Notes: generated from the letters alone by a model not told the origin. 58,966 bases of DNA from Thermoplasmatota archaeon (GCA_016927555.1 JAFGML010000035.1:1-58966), one strand, 5' to 3'. Counted from the stretch's first letter, positions 29,027 to 40,725 are shown. Numbers and translations are program-made.

Positions 29027-30030
29027 CTACGGTATAGGAGTTTTAAAGACCCTTTCTCTAAAACAATGAAGTGTTGTAATAGGGTGGGCCCCTGAATATC
29101 ATCATCTAAATTTAAAGCTTTCCTTGGAGTATATGTTACCATTTTCAGGAGTTCTTCAGTAGAAAAGCTACCAGAGTTGCGTAAGAAGCGGACCTCCTCG
29201 CTGACATCAGGCGTGTTGATCATCGCGTTGTCGGTTCCCAGCAATACGGTCACCTTGGTCTGTTTCATCAGAGAAAAATTATGCTTCAGATGAAAAAAGG
29301 AATAGGAGCGAGGGCAGATGACGACAGGAATACCTGCATCATGCACACGCTGAAGATCAGCCTGCGTTGCCTGAATCATGTGCACCAGAAGGCCTGGTCG
29401 TAACTCCAAGATACGATCCACGTCCTCACGGAGTATCTCACTGGCGTGTACGGCGAACATCTTGTTTTTTCTCCGGGTATGGGCTGCGATTTTCTCTATC
29501 TCCGAAGGCTCCCAGTCTGAGAGGCTGCTCAGGCCGATGCCATCTGAATTCTGCAGGAGCCAGTCGACCTCCTCTCGTTCGTATTTCATCTGCGATGGCC
29601 GTGAGAGAATCATCGCATGAACACTGCTGTGCCTCAGTGCCCTCCTCAGCTGAAAAATTCCTATGAGGCCTCCTTCTCGAAAATCACAGAAGCCTGCGGT
29701 ACCAGCAGCGCTCATCTCTGAGACTGCCTGCTGCATTCCCTGGACAACTTCCTGCTCTGTTGCGCCTTTGAGCAGTTGGAATTTAACTCCATCTGGGGGG
29801 CGGACCAACTCTGAGACACTACGAGGCAACGGGAGCTTTTTGGTTCGGATGAAGGCATCGCCGAGATGAGTATGGGCATTCACCAACGTTGGAAGAATCA
29901 CTCCCTTTGCCACTGGTTGTGCTGGTGGGACGCCTTTTCCAATCTCAACTGCTTGGCTCTTGGCTGAAAATCCAAGGTACCCGTGAACAAAACCCTCGTG
30001 GAGGAGGATGTCTCCCTGGACGTACTGCAT
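29023..30030 (-). CDS. Amidohydrolase / deaminase family protein
   Basis: NAHTHLGD, HASE, LVH, CPRS, LGTDN. Confidence 0.88.
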   Translation of the reverse strand: MQYVQGDILLHEGFVHGYLGFSAKSQAVEIGKGVPPAQPVAKGVILPTLVNAHTHLGDAFIRTKKLPLPRSVSELVRPPDGVKFQLLKGATEQEVVQGMQQAVSEMSAAGTAGFCDFREGGLIGIFQLRRALRHSSVHAMILSRPSQMKYEREEVDWLLQNSDGIGLSSLSDWEPSEIEKIAAHTRRKNKMFAVHASEILREDVDRILELRPGLLVHMIQATQADLQRVHDAGIPVVICPRSYSFFHLKHNFSLMKQTKVTVLLGTDNAMINTPDVSEEVRFLRNSGSFSTEELLKMVTYTPRKALNLDDDIQGPTLLQHFIVLEKGSLKLLYRR

Positions 30031-30204
30031 ACGCAACTGGGAAAGACCCACGTGTTTTTATAGTCTTTTTTCCCTCTGTTTCACCCTGACGAGAGGGTGC
30101 TATAGAAATATTTTTGTATACACCTGATGATTTCTCCCCCTCTCTTTCATTCTCCGATGTCTGTTGCATCACTTGAGATGTCCAGAGAGAGTAAGAACGT
30201 AGAG

Positions 30205-31275
30205 ATGGTTAGCATGGTTGAACATGACTTGGAACGAACATCATCAGTGGATAAGAGCAATATGCTCGATGGACTCGCTCGGTTTCCTGAGCAAATCAAA
30301 GAGGCACTAGCGATTGCTGAGACGGTGGAGCGCTTCACTTTTTTAAAAGTAGATGACGTCGTCGTCTCCGGGATGGGCGGGTCTGCGATTTCTGGGGACA
30401 TTCTCGCCAGTCTGTTTCGAGATACCCTTGATGTCCCCCTCGTCGTCAACAGAGACTACGATCTCCCAAAGTGGGTGAATAAGGACACCCTTGTCCTGTG
30501 CATGAGCTACTCAGGGAACACCTCTGAGACGCTCAGTTCCTTTAAACTGGCGTACCAGAAAAAATGTAAAATCATCTGCATCTCCACTGGTGGGAAACTC
30601 CAGGAGCTTGCTGAAAAACGCCAGGTGCCTTTTGTGAAAATCCCTGCTGGACTTCAGCCACGGGCAGCCACCCCGTACTTGCTGTTTCCCGCTATTGTCT
30701 TTTTGAAGAAAATCGGCTTAGTCAAAACAGCAATTGAGACAGACATCCAGGAAACCATCACCATCACCCAAGAGTTCATCACCACACTTCACCGAACAGT
30801 CCCACTGGAGAGTAACCCTGCGAAGCAGCTGGCAACAAAAATACACCAGACCATCCCTCAGGTCTACGGCTGGGGTGTGTACGCACCCATTGCACTCCGT
30901 TGGCGTCATCAGTTCAATGAGAACAGTAAAGTCATCGCTCGCACAGACATAGTCCCTGAGTGCAACCACAATGATCTCGTCGGCTGGTCCGCAAACCCGG
31001 AAGTCTCGAAACTCTTCTCCTGTATTCTCTTCCGAGATAGAGATGAGGAGCTCGTTGAAATGACACGGCGGCTGGAGTTCATGCACGACCTGTGCTCCAA
31101 CATGGCGGGCGCTGTCATCGAAGTCACACCGAAAGGGAAAAGCAGACTGGCGAAGATGATGTACTTCATGTGCCTTGGTGATTTCACGAGTTGTTACCTC
31201 GCGGTGCTCAGAGGCATTGACCCAAGTCCCGTGGACATCATCACAGCGCTGAAGAACCGACTCGCAGAAAAATAA
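30205..31275 (+). CDS. Bifunctional phosphoglucose/phosphomannose isomerase
   Basis: GMGGSAISGD, SYSGNT.ET, QPR, NENSK, PECNHN. Confidence 0.93.
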   Translation: MVSMVEHDLERTSSVDKSNMLDGLARFPEQIKEALAIAETVERFTFLKVDDVVVSGMGGSAISGDILASLFRDTLDVPLVVNRDYDLPKWVNKDTLVLCMSYSGNTSETLSSFKLAYQKKCKIICISTGGKLQELAEKRQVPFVKIPAGLQPRAATPYLLFPAIVFLKKIGLVKTAIETDIQETITITQEFITTLHRTVPLESNPAKQLATKIHQTIPQVYGWGVYAPIALRWRHQFNENSKVIARTDIVPECNHNDLVGWSANPEVSKLFSCILFRDRDEELVEMTRRLEFMHDLCSNMAGAVIEVTPKGKSRLAKMMYFMCLGDFTSCYLAVLRGIDPSPVDIITALKNRLAEK

Positions 31276-31347
31276 TCTGTCCGAACTCTATTGAAAAAGC
31301 ATAAATAGGCAGTACTGCATCTTTCCACGCAGCACTCACACGAAGGG

Positions 31348-32553
31348 ATGAGGATGACGAGGCCACCTGCGATCAAACCACTCACCGTCTTATGTATTCT
31401 TCTACTGTCTGTCGCAGTCCACTGCCTGTTCGTATTACCCGGCTCTGCTCAAGACGATGACTCCCTTACGGTTGCGCTGTATGATTCTGAGGATTGGAAT
31501 GAGTACATCGGCACGACGGTGCTTGAAGGAAAGCAGTACGATATCATTGCAAGCACCGCGGATGAAACCATCGAACTCAATGTCACCATTACTGTGCTTG
31601 GGCAGACGTACTTCATCAACGAGACGCAGCCATTCATTACGATCACTGCTCCTCTCTTTGATCAAACACATTCATTTCTGATCAATGCAACAAAAGAAGG
31701 GTATGTTCCTTATACATCAGAAATCAGCGTTGTACAAGGATTCCTGTCGGTTGTTGCTGATCGTAGCATCGTTGAAGAAAAAAAGGAGTTCCAAGTCACG
31801 GTCACCGACCACGATGGTCACCCCGTCGCTGATGTGACTGTCACGACCTCTGGCAACACCGAACCCGCTATTACTGATGCGCAGGGAGTCGCCTACATTG
31901 ATGCACCAAACGTGGACAACGATGTCACCATCAGCATTCAGGCCACAAAGGAAGGCTTCCTCCTCGGAGCTACGACCATTCGCATCGACAACGTCGAAGG
32001 ATTCCTCCTGGATTTCACCGGCGTCCAGTTCCTCCAGGTTCTCCCCATTCTCCTCGCAGTGCTCGTTGTCATCATCGCTATCATCATCGTCCTGTGGAGG
32101 CAGAAACGAAGCAAGTACATGGCGGGGGTGCCTCCTTCATCAGACACACCAGCTGAGCCGCTCCCCTACACACAGAGACGATCCAGCAACCACGCCACCC
32201 ATGACGCCACCCTCTACTCCGTCGACCAGAAGAAAGACCTCTCTGTCTCAACACCTTCTTCCAAGGTAGAAGAACTCCGCATCCCCGTACAAGAAAAGAA
32301 GAAAGAAACCACCTACCTGACCACCGACAAGCACCCAGAGCACCCTGTGCAGCAACAGAAGACAGAACCAGATGAGTGGTTCAAAGGGGAGAACTACATG
32401 CGGTACAAACTCGATGAGCTCACCGGGCAAATCGACCAACAGACCGACGGCAAATGGTTCGAAGGAGAACGCGACAGCAAGTACAAGGTCGATGAGACGC
32501 TCAAGAAATCCGCAAAGAAGAAAAAAGACGATGAGGAAGACGACACCAAATAA
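31348..32553 (+). CDS. Single-pass membrane protein with extracellular beta-sandwich repeats
   Basis: Signal peptide, ATKEG twice, TDAQG, one TM, charged cytoplasmic tail. Confidence 0.75.
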   Translation: MRMTRPPAIKPLTVLCILLLSVAVHCLFVLPGSAQDDDSLTVALYDSEDWNEYIGTTVLEGKQYDIIASTADETIELNVTITVLGQTYFINETQPFITITAPLFDQTHSFLINATKEGYVPYTSEISVVQGFLSVVADRSIVEEKKEFQVTVTDHDGHPVADVTVTTSGNTEPAITDAQGVAYIDAPNVDNDVTISIQATKEGFLLGATTIRIDNVEGFLLDFTGVQFLQVLPILLAVLVVIIAIIIVLWRQKRSKYMAGVPPSSDTPAEPLPYTQRRSSNHATHDATLYSVDQKKDLSVSTPSSKVEELRIPVQEKKKETTYLTTDKHPEHPVQQQKTEPDEWFKGENYMRYKLDELTGQIDQQTDGKWFEGERDSKYKVDETLKKSAKKKKDDEEDDTK

Positions 32554-32654
32554 TCTGCTTCTTTTACCCGCTCCCTTGTTGATTGCAGAAACTTGCCCTC
32601 CCGTCACTTCATGAACAGGATGATTTTTGTAGCAGCGAGGTTATCACTGTCTCT

Positions 32655-33662
32655 ATGCAGCTCCTCTTCGAACTCTCAAAAGAACATCCTACTCTACCAC
32701 ACGCAGAAGTACTCAGCTGTCTTTCAGCAGAAGCACCCTACTGTACTGTCCTTGAGAAGAACGACAATGTCCTCATAGTCGATGCCCCCGTGACCGAACC
32801 CCCAATCCAGAGACTCGCTGAGCGACTCGCGTTGACCACAACCATAGATCAGATGCTGTTCTCCTGCCCCGCTGACCTCGATGCGATTGCACACGCTGCA
32901 GAGCAGCACCCACTCATGACCCCCGGGTCAATGGCCATACGCTGTCACAACCGTTCCACTACGCTCCACTCGCCAGATCTCATCGATCGTCTTGGGGGCA
33001 TCTACACACCACACAGAGACGTCAATCTCATCGCCCCAGACATCGAACTACGTGCCATCGTCACACAACACACTGCCTACGTTGGGATAAAGAAGGCTGC
33101 TGTTGATACGCGTCAGTTCCACCGACGGCGCGGGCACCTCCGCCCCTTCTTAGCCCCGATTACACTTCACCCAAAGCTCGCCCGTGCGTTGGTGAATCTC
33201 TCTTCAATAAAAACACATGGTCTTTTACTGGACCCTTTCTGTGGCACCGGAGGCATCCTGCTCGAGGCAGGGTTGATAGGAGCAAGAACAATTGGCAGTG
33301 ACATTCAACAACAGATGATTAACGGCTGTCGAAAGACACTTGAACATTACGGGATCACCAATCATCAGTTATTCTGCTGCGACATTGGCCGCATCTCGAC
33401 GTGTGTCCCACCCGTTGATGCGGTGGTGACTGATTTTCCCTACGGCAAGGCAACCACCACCAAAGGCGAACACCTGCAAGAGCTGTACGACCGTGCCTTT
33501 GCCGCTATTGCCTCTGTCGTCAAACCACATGGTACGGTTGTCGTTGGTCTGTCTGAGCAATCCCTCGGCGCCCTCGGTGACCCGTACCTCACACGTGTCG
33601 ACTCCCATGCGTTCCGTGTCCATCGCAGTCTCACCCGTTATTTCTACGTGTACCGCAAGTAA
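32655..33662 (+). CDS. tRNA (guanine(10)-N2)-methyltransferase, THUMP domain (Trm11/TrmG10)
   Basis: LHPKLARALVN, DPFCGTGG, TDFPYG, VHRSLTR. Confidence 0.9.
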   Translation: MQLLFELSKEHPTLPHAEVLSCLSAEAPYCTVLEKNDNVLIVDAPVTEPPIQRLAERLALTTTIDQMLFSCPADLDAIAHAAEQHPLMTPGSMAIRCHNRSTTLHSPDLIDRLGGIYTPHRDVNLIAPDIELRAIVTQHTAYVGIKKAAVDTRQFHRRRGHLRPFLAPITLHPKLARALVNLSSIKTHGLLLDPFCGTGGILLEAGLIGARTIGSDIQQQMINGCRKTLEHYGITNHQLFCCDIGRISTCVPPVDAVVTDFPYGKATTTKGEHLQELYDRAFAAIASVVKPHGTVVVGLSEQSLGALGDPYLTRVDSHAFRVHRSLTRYFYVYRK

Positions 33663-33702
33663 CCACAACCCTTTTACCCTGAGGTGGCATCCGTTTCTCA
33701 CC

Positions 33703-34623
33703 ATGACGCAGCTGAGCATTATCTTTCTTGGAACTGGCGGCAGCTGGCCGACTGTACAACGCAATGTCACCTCTCTGGCTATCAAACGAGGCAGTGAAAT
33801 CCTGCTCTTCGACTGTGGAGAGGGCACCCAGCGGCAGTTCCAGAAATCAAACCTCAGTTACATGCAGATTTCAAAGATCTTCATCACCCACTTCCATGGA
33901 GACCACTTCCTGGGATTACCAGGGTTAATCCAGACGATGCAGTTGAACGACCGTAACGAACCACTCCACATCTACGGCCCCAAAGGCATGGAGGACCTGA
34001 CCTCCCGCCTCCTCCACCTCGGGTACTTTCGACCAAACTACGAGATCATCCCCCATGAACTTTCTGCAGGTGATGCCGTTGACTTCGAGGGGTACAGCAT
34101 TCAGACGCTGAGAACCGCACACAATATTCCCGCTCTTGCCTACTGTCTCATCGAGGTGGAACGCCCGGGGAAATTCAATAAACCAAAAGCCCTTGAACTG
34201 GGCGTACCCGAAGGTCCCTTATTCAGCAAGCTGCAACATGGACACTCAGTTACACTCCCGAGTGGTAAAGTCATCACCCCAGACATGATTTTAGGGAAGA
34301 AACGGAAAGGTCGAAAGATAGTGATTTCTGGTGACACGCGCCCCTGCGAGGAAATGATTGCGTTTTCAAAAGATGCGGATGTCTTGATCCATGAGGCGAC
34401 ATTCGCCTCAGAGCTGGAAGACATCGCCGCGGGCTACGGTCACACCACCGCTGCACAGGCGGCAGACATCGCGAAAAAAGCAGGGGTGGAACAACTGTTC
34501 TTAGTCCACATCAGTCCCCGGTACCTCGACCATCGTGTCCTGGAAGACGACGCGCGGACACTTTTTAAAAAATCGTATGTACCAAAGGATTTTCAAGAAG
34601 TTGAAATAAAACTAAAAAAATAG
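33703..34623 (+). CDS. rnz: Ribonuclease Z
   Basis: FLGTGG, DCGEGTQ, THFHGDH, GVPEGP exosite, SGDT, HEATF, HISPRY. Confidence 0.96.
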   Translation: MTQLSIIFLGTGGSWPTVQRNVTSLAIKRGSEILLFDCGEGTQRQFQKSNLSYMQISKIFITHFHGDHFLGLPGLIQTMQLNDRNEPLHIYGPKGMEDLTSRLLHLGYFRPNYEIIPHELSAGDAVDFEGYSIQTLRTAHNIPALAYCLIEVERPGKFNKPKALELGVPEGPLFSKLQHGHSVTLPSGKVITPDMILGKKRKGRKIVISGDTRPCEEMIAFSKDADVLIHEATFASELEDIAAGYGHTTAAQAADIAKKAGVEQLFLVHISPRYLDHRVLEDDARTLFKKSYVPKDFQEVEIKLKK

Positions 34624-34659
34624 AAGGCTCCCCTGCACCAATACTTGTATGAAAGGGAC

Positions 34660-35706
34660 TTAGTCCTCTACGGGTTTTGCAAAAAAGGTTCGTGCGATGT
34701 TGTAAATCTTCATGTCAACAATACGAAGCTTCGTGACCGATTCGTTCAGATCAACAGGGACAATTTCATATCCCCGTAACGCCACCATCTTGCCGAACTG
34801 ACCGCTCTTCACGAGTTCGACAGCTTCGACACCATAGCGTGTTGCCAGCACACGATCATAGGCCGTCGGGGATCCACCACGTTGCACATGACCAAGCACC
34901 GTGAACCGCGTCTCGACACCCAGGCGTTTCTCAATTTCTTTTGCCAACCGCTGACCAATACCGCCAAGCCTCACATGCCCAAACTCATCTTTCTCTTGAG
35001 ATACGGTCTCAAACTGCTTGGTATCCTTGGGTATCGCCCCCTCAGACACCACGACGATGCTAAACTTCTTACCGGTGTCATGACGCGCCTTCAGATTCGC
35101 GCAGAGTGCATCAAGGTCAAATGGTATCTCAGGAATAAGGATATCATCTGCCCCGCCCGCGATGCCTGACATGGTCGCAATCCACCCAGCGTGTCGGCCC
35201 ATGACCTCAAGGACCATGATGCGGTGATGTGATTCCGCAGTCGTATGCAGCCGGTCAATCGCGTCTGTCACAATCGACACTGCTGTGTCAAACCCAAACG
35301 TGTAATCAGTCCCTGAAATGTCGTTATCAATGGTTTTGGGTACACCAACAAGTGGAATCCCCATTTTATAGAGCTTCAGTGCAACCCCCAGGGTGTCTTC
35401 CCCGCCAATCGCGATCAGTGCGTCCAGCTTGAATTTTTTCATATTGTCTAAAAGTGCATCGACGTGCTTTTGATCTTTAAAGGGATTGGTCCGTGATGTG
35501 CCAAGGATCGTCCCCCCTTTTGGTAGAATCCCAGAGATATGCGTCTCGGTCAACGTCATCACCTGACCTTCGATGAGTCCTTTCCAACCATCGATAATAC
35601 CGAGAACCTCCCAGCCGTTTCTGTGGGATTTCTTCACGACGGCACGGATTACCGCGTTGAGACCTGGACAGTCGCCGCCCCCAGTTAAAACGCCAATCTT
35701 TTTCAT
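34660..35706 (-). CDS. pfkA: 6-phosphofructokinase, PfkA family, probably PPi-dependent
   Basis: TGGGDCPG, GGEDT, PKTIDND, EVMGR, LGHVQRGG. Confidence 0.93.
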   Translation of the reverse strand: MKKIGVLTGGGDCPGLNAVIRAVVKKSHRNGWEVLGIIDGWKGLIEGQVMTLTETHISGILPKGGTILGTSRTNPFKDQKHVDALLDNMKKFKLDALIAIGGEDTLGVALKLYKMGIPLVGVPKTIDNDISGTDYTFGFDTAVSIVTDAIDRLHTTAESHHRIMVLEVMGRHAGWIATMSGIAGGADDILIPEIPFDLDALCANLKARHDTGKKFSIVVVSEGAIPKDTKQFETVSQEKDEFGHVRLGGIGQRLAKEIEKRLGVETRFTVLGHVQRGGSPTAYDRVLATRYGVEAVELVKSGQFGKMVALRGYEIVPVDLNESVTKLRIVDMKIYNIARTFFAKPVED

Positions 35707-35869
35707 GTGCCTCCACTCACTTGAAACTGTCGAAAACCTTTATCTGCCGACTCTTTAATAATGTATGGTTCTCATGCTTCAAGGAAAATCGGGGTTATTT
35801 TTTTTTAGTTAAATGAAAACTAAATATAACACCATGTGGTTCCACGTGGGAACAGAGGCGGGAGATGTT

Positions 35870-38593
35870 ATGAGTGCTAACAGGATAGATCTCTCAGATA
35901 CCTTTACACAACAGTCCATACCGGATCTATTAGCAATATTTCAGACCTCCTCTCAGGGTCTCTCAGATGCCAAGGCTTCCGAGCTCCTTACGGTCTATGG
36001 CGCCAATGAGTTCGCACAAGAAAAAAAGAAAACGATTGTGCGAAAGATAGCTGAGGCGCTCATCGAACCAATGGCAGTGATTCTCATTTTCGCATCCCTG
36101 TTGTCGTTTTTCGTTATCGACGATTCGCTGGAGGCGTTTGCCATTCTTGGTGTTGTCATCATCAATACGGTCATCAGTTTGTTTCAGGAGGGAAAAGCAG
36201 AGAAAGCAGCAGAGGAGCTCAAAAAAATCCTTTCACCACAATGTAAAGTACTGCGCAATGGAACCGTCGAAGTCATTGCCTCAAAGTTCCTTGTCCCCGG
36301 GGATGTCATCGTCTTTGAAGCAGGGGATATCATCCCTGCAGACGGCCGACTCATGGAGATGACTGAACTGTTGGTCGATGAGGCGCATCTCACCGGAGAG
36401 AGCGACCCTATCCGCAAGATCACCGAGCCGATATCACAACCTCGTTTGGAACTCTATGAGATGAAAAACATCGTGTTCGCCGGCAGTAAAGTCCTGAATG
36501 GAACTGGAAAAGCGGTCGTGGCGAAAACAGGGAATGCGACAGAGATCGGAAAAATCGCGGTCAACATCCAAGAGGCAAAAGCAGAGCGGACACCCTTGCA
36601 GAAGAAGATGGACCGTGAAGTCAGAGTGTTAGTCGCCCTTGCTATAGTTGCCCTGGTGTTAGTCTTACTCATGGGAGTGTACCGCGGCGCAGACATTCGA
36701 ATCACCATCTTACTTGCGATCAGCATCATGGTCGCCGTTTTCCCTGAAGGACTGCCTGCCTCCATGACGATTGCCTTGTCACTGGCGATGGAGCGGCTGG
36801 CGAAGAACTCCGTAATCGTGAAACAGCTTTCCTCTGTAGAGACGCTGGGGAATGTCGACTACATCTGCACAGATAAAACCGGTACGATCACGAAGCATGA
36901 CATGACCGTCAAGGAATTCTTCATTGGCACGAAATTCCATGTGATGGCTGATCTCTTCAAAATGAGTGCTGAAGGTGAATCGTCCCTGCTCCATGACATC
37001 TTTCTGACGTCGGTGAAGTGCTCGACTGCTCAGGTGGTAGAGCAGGATGGAAACGTTGTCAAAGAACTCGGTGACCCAACAGAGGTTGCCTTGATTAAAG
37101 CCGCGATTCTGAATGGCTTTAAACAGAATCACTTCGACACCTTTACCATCCTCAACAGTATTCCGTTTTCCTCAGAGTTGATGTTCTCTGCGGTTCTCAC
37201 TGAGAGCAGGGCAGGGCAGCGAGAGATTTACATTAAGGGTGCGCCAGAGAAGGTCCTCTCCTTCTGTGATACGTACTATGTGAATGGGAGGATACAACCG
37301 CTTGATGATCACCATCGACACCACATCATTAAGGAGTTGAGTACCCGGTCGGAGAAAGGATTCCGTCTCATCGGATTTGTAAAAAAATCCACCGTCGGCC
37401 CCCTTCAGAACATCGACGTTCACACCATTGAGGGTTGTACGTTCCTTGCCACCGCTGCTATCTACGATCCACCAAAAGATGAAGTCAAGCAGATGATTCA
37501 GGAGACCAAAGAGGCGAACATCCATGTGGTGATGATTACTGGTGATAGTAAAACCACAGGGTTTTCCATCGCAGAGAGCGTTGGGATAGCTTCTGATATC
37601 AACCAGGCTGTTGAGGGCAAAGACATCGAGCAGATGAGCGATGAGGAGTTCGGAAGGCGCGTGGAGGATCTGCGTGTGTACTCACGTGTCGCCCCGCTTG
37701 ATAAATTGAAGATTGTGGAAAAACTACGACAGAAAGACCACATCGTGGCGATGACTGGTGACGGGGTGAATGATGCTCCCGCGTTAAAGCAGGCTGATGT
37801 GGGTATTGCCATGGGCCGTGCAGGCACCCAGGTGTCTCAAGAGGCAGCCAACATCATTCTCACCGATGATAATTTCTCTGTCATGGTGAAGGCCGTTGAG
37901 GAAGGCAGACGGGTGTACCAGAACCTGAAGAAGCTGATCCGCTACCTTCTGACGAACAACATCGGCAAGGTCGTCGGTGTGCTCATCACCCCGCTGCTTG
38001 GGTACCCCGTGCCGTTGATGCCTCTGCAGTTGCTCTGGTCGAATGTGGTGATGGAGTCGTTTCCCGCGGTTGGGGTGAGTACAGATTCTGCTGATCAGTC
38101 TATCATGAAGCGACGTCCCTCGAAGCTCTCCGAGCCGATTATATCCCGGCAGCATCGTCTGCTCATGGTACTGGACGGCGTAGTCTTTGGCTTGTCCATA
38201 GCAGCAGGGTACATTCTGACGCTGCACTACATGCTCACTGCTGGTGCAACACAATCGCACGCGGAGATGACCGCTAGCACGGTTTCCTTTGCCATCACGC
38301 TACTGTCTCCTCAGATCTACGTTTTTATCCTGCGTGAAGGGCGTTTCTTAGAAAAATTCAGACGACGTAATGTACTGCTGAAATCATTTTTTGTCATCAC
38401 GCTACTCATGATCCTTGCGATTCTCTACGTCCCCTGGCTCAACAAGATATTTACGACCACGCCGCTCGTTGATCCTCTGCTGTGGGGTCTCATTCTCGTC
38501 TTTGCGTCATTGACAACGGTTGTCCGAGCAGTGCTCGGGGAGAGGCCTATCCTCTGGCGGAGCAACAGGGCGCCTCAACGTGACAAATCATAA
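35870..38593 (+). CDS. Cation-transporting P-type ATPase (P2-like)
   Basis: [35 protein letters not shown]. Confidence 0.95.
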   Translation: MSANRIDLSDTFTQQSIPDLLAIFQTSSQGLSDAKASELLTVYGANEFAQEKKKTIVRKIAEALIEPMAVILIFASLLSFFVIDDSLEAFAILGVVIINTVISLFQEGKAEKAAEELKKILSPQCKVLRNGTVEVIASKFLVPGDVIVFEAGDIIPADGRLMEMTELLVDEAHLTGESDPIRKITEPISQPRLELYEMKNIVFAGSKVLNGTGKAVVAKTGNATEIGKIAVNIQEAKAERTPLQKKMDREVRVLVALAIVALVLVLLMGVYRGADIRITILLAISIMVAVFPEGLPASMTIALSLAMERLAKNSVIVKQLSSVETLGNVDYICTDKTGTITKHDMTVKEFFIGTKFHVMADLFKMSAEGESSLLHDIFLTSVKCSTAQVVEQDGNVVKELGDPTEVALIKAAILNGFKQNHFDTFTILNSIPFSSELMFSAVLTESRAGQREIYIKGAPEKVLSFCDTYYVNGRIQPLDDHHRHHIIKELSTRSEKGFRLIGFVKKSTVGPLQNIDVHTIEGCTFLATAAIYDPPKDEVKQMIQETKEANIHVVMITGDSKTTGFSIAESVGIASDINQAVEGKDIEQMSDEEFGRRVEDLRVYSRVAPLDKLKIVEKLRQKDHIVAMTGDGVNDAPALKQADVGIAMGRAGTQVSQEAANIILTDDNFSVMVKAVEEGRRVYQNLKKLIRYLLTNNIGKVVGVLITPLLGYPVPLMPLQLLWSNVVMESFPAVGVSTDSADQSIMKRRPSKLSEPIISRQHRLLMVLDGVVFGLSIAAGYILTLHYMLTAGATQSHAEMTASTVSFAITLLSPQIYVFILREGRFLEKFRRRNVLLKSFFVITLLMILAILYVPWLNKIFTTTPLVDPLLWGLILVFASLTTVVRAVLGERPILWRSNRAPQRDKS

Positions 38594-38634
38594 TTTTATT
38601 AAGCGGTCGTCTCATTCGTTGCTGTGGGTTTCTT

Positions 38635-39081
38635 ATGGCAGACCGACCGTCGTACGATGAGTACTTTATGGAAATGGCGCATGTCGTTGCAAAACGGAGC
38701 ACCTGTTTACGTCGAAAGGTTGGTGCTATTCTTGTTAAAGACAAGCACATTCTCAGCACAGGGTACAACGGTGCGCCGAAAGGCCTGAGGCATTGCGCAG
38801 AAACCGGGTGTCTGCGAGAGAACCTCAATATTCCATCGGGTGAGCGCCATGAGCTCTGTCGGGGGTTGCATGCTGAGCAGAACGCGATTATTCAGGCAGC
38901 GGTGTTCGGTATCTCGATCAAAGGCTCTGTGCTGTACTGCACAAATACACCGTGTGTCGTGTGTGTCAAGATGCTGATTAACGCAGGAGTCACAGAGATA
39001 ATCTATTCTGGGGACTACCCTGATGAGCTTGCAAAACAGATGATGGAGGAGAGCACTTTAAAAATAAAAAAATTTAAATAA
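38635..39081 (+). CDS. dCMP deaminase family protein
   Basis: RSTC, TGYNG, HAEQNA, PCVVC. Confidence 0.93.
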   Translation: MADRPSYDEYFMEMAHVVAKRSTCLRRKVGAILVKDKHILSTGYNGAPKGLRHCAETGCLRENLNIPSGERHELCRGLHAEQNAIIQAAVFGISIKGSVLYCTNTPCVVCVKMLINAGVTEIIYSGDYPDELAKQMMEESTLKIKKFK

Positions 39082-39162
39082 TAGGAAGAGATATAAAAAT
39101 TTGGTTGAAAAATTGAAAAATTATATATACATAAGAATTGATTTATTCTGCGAGGAGAATGT

Positions 39163-39549
39163 ATGAAACGGAAAAAGTCATTCGTGTTGGATGATAACGA
39201 GAATAAGGCGGTCCAATTGTTCTCAGAGCTCGGTATGCCTAAGAACCTTGCGAAGACATTACTGTATATCTCCCAGGTCGATGAATGCCGCTCCGCAGAC
39301 GTTGAACAGGGGGCAGACCTTCGACAACCAGAAGTCAGCGTAGCCATGCAGGAACTCAGACGACGGGGCTGGGCAAAGAAACGGGATGTCAAGAAGAAAG
39401 GGAAAGGACGACCAGTTCATCTCTACAAGCTCACGGCAGACCTGCCGACGATTCTAAAGAGCTTTGAAAAAGAAAAAATGAAAGAAGTCGAGAACATCAG
39501 AACTGACCTGGATCAGCTCCATAATCTTATCACTTCCATAGAAAAGTAA
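39163..39549 (+). CDS. Winged-helix transcriptional regulator
   Basis: LRQPEVSVAM helix-turn-helix, KGKGRP wing. Confidence 0.82.
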   Translation: MKRKKSFVLDDNENKAVQLFSELGMPKNLAKTLLYISQVDECRSADVEQGADLRQPEVSVAMQELRRRGWAKKRDVKKKGKGRPVHLYKLTADLPTILKSFEKEKMKEVENIRTDLDQLHNLITSIEK

Positions 39550-39633
39550 CCAGTGAGAGTTCGTATTCCCCTCACTCCTTCTAAACTATTCATTAGCGTA
39601 ATACGTCGTTCGTGGATTTGAGGAGAGTGAAAC

Positions 39634-40725
39634 ATGAGCGCGAGAGTCAAAACTCTTTTTCAGAAGAGTACAACAGCTGTTGACGTAATCCTGGTAAAAA
39701 ATGGTGCGGCTCCTTTTATCGATGATAACTTCTTTTATGTCACGGAACTAACCCAGGGGCTGTTCGAGGGTTCTGCTGTTCTCCTCCATCCCGATGGCGC
39801 CTGTGACCTTCTCGTCTCTGAGCTGGAAGCAGAGAGCGCACGGAAAGCAACCGCCAACCTCTCCGTCTACACGTCCACTGAGCAGTACTCAACGCTGCTG
39901 AAACACCTCCTAGGGACAGCAACAACTGTTGGAATCAATGGTGGCGGACTGTCGTACCATGAGTACATAAAACTCAAAGAGATGTTCCCGCAGGTGGCCT
40001 TCGTTGACCTCTCCAAAGTGTTCATAGCCACCCGCATGGTCAAAGAACCCCAAGAGGTAGAGCACATCAAGCACGCCTGCCGGATCGCTGATGATACCAT
40101 GGCTGCTCTCCCCGATGTGGTGTTCCCTGGGATGACCGAATGTCAGCTTGCCGCAGAGATCAACTACTTGCTGCAGAGCAATGGCGCAGAAAAACCAGCG
40201 TTTGACACGATCTCCTCATTTGGAAAGAACAGTGCAGAGCCGCACTACAGCCATGGCGACACACCACTTGCTGAGGGTGATCTGATGGTCTGTGATTTTG
40301 GAGCAAGTCTGAACAAGTACAACTCTGACATCACCAGAACGTTTGTGTATCGATCCGCACGCCAGCAGCAGAAAGAGATGTACGACACCGTGCTGCAGGC
40401 ACAACGCATCGCCTGTGAGATGATACGACCCGGGGTGGTCGCACGAGACGTCCACCAGGCGGTCAGTTCCTACATCGATTCAACCAAATTCAAAGGAACC
40501 TTCATCCACTCCACAGGGCATTCCCTTGGGCTTGCTGTCCATGATGGCCCTGGCTTGACTGCTGAGAACACGATGGTCCTGCAGGAAAACATGGTGCTCA
40601 CCGTAGAACCCGGGGTGTACCTCCCAGGTATCGGTGGGGTTCGCATTGAAGACGACGTCCGTGTCACCCACGAGGGCATTGAGGTACTGACGAAAAGCCC
40701 ACGGACGTTCACTGAATTGAACTAA
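39634..40725 (+). CDS. Xaa-Pro peptidase (M24)
   Basis: PHY, DFGA...SDITRT, HSTGHSLGL.VHD, TVEPG, GVRIED. Confidence 0.93.
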   Translation: MSARVKTLFQKSTTAVDVILVKNGAAPFIDDNFFYVTELTQGLFEGSAVLLHPDGACDLLVSELEAESARKATANLSVYTSTEQYSTLLKHLLGTATTVGINGGGLSYHEYIKLKEMFPQVAFVDLSKVFIATRMVKEPQEVEHIKHACRIADDTMAALPDVVFPGMTECQLAAEINYLLQSNGAEKPAFDTISSFGKNSAEPHYSHGDTPLAEGDLMVCDFGASLNKYNSDITRTFVYRSARQQQKEMYDTVLQAQRIACEMIRPGVVARDVHQAVSSYIDSTKFKGTFIHSTGHSLGLAVHDGPGLTAENTMVLQENMVLTVEPGVYLPGIGGVRIEDDVRVTHEGIEVLTKSPRTFTELN

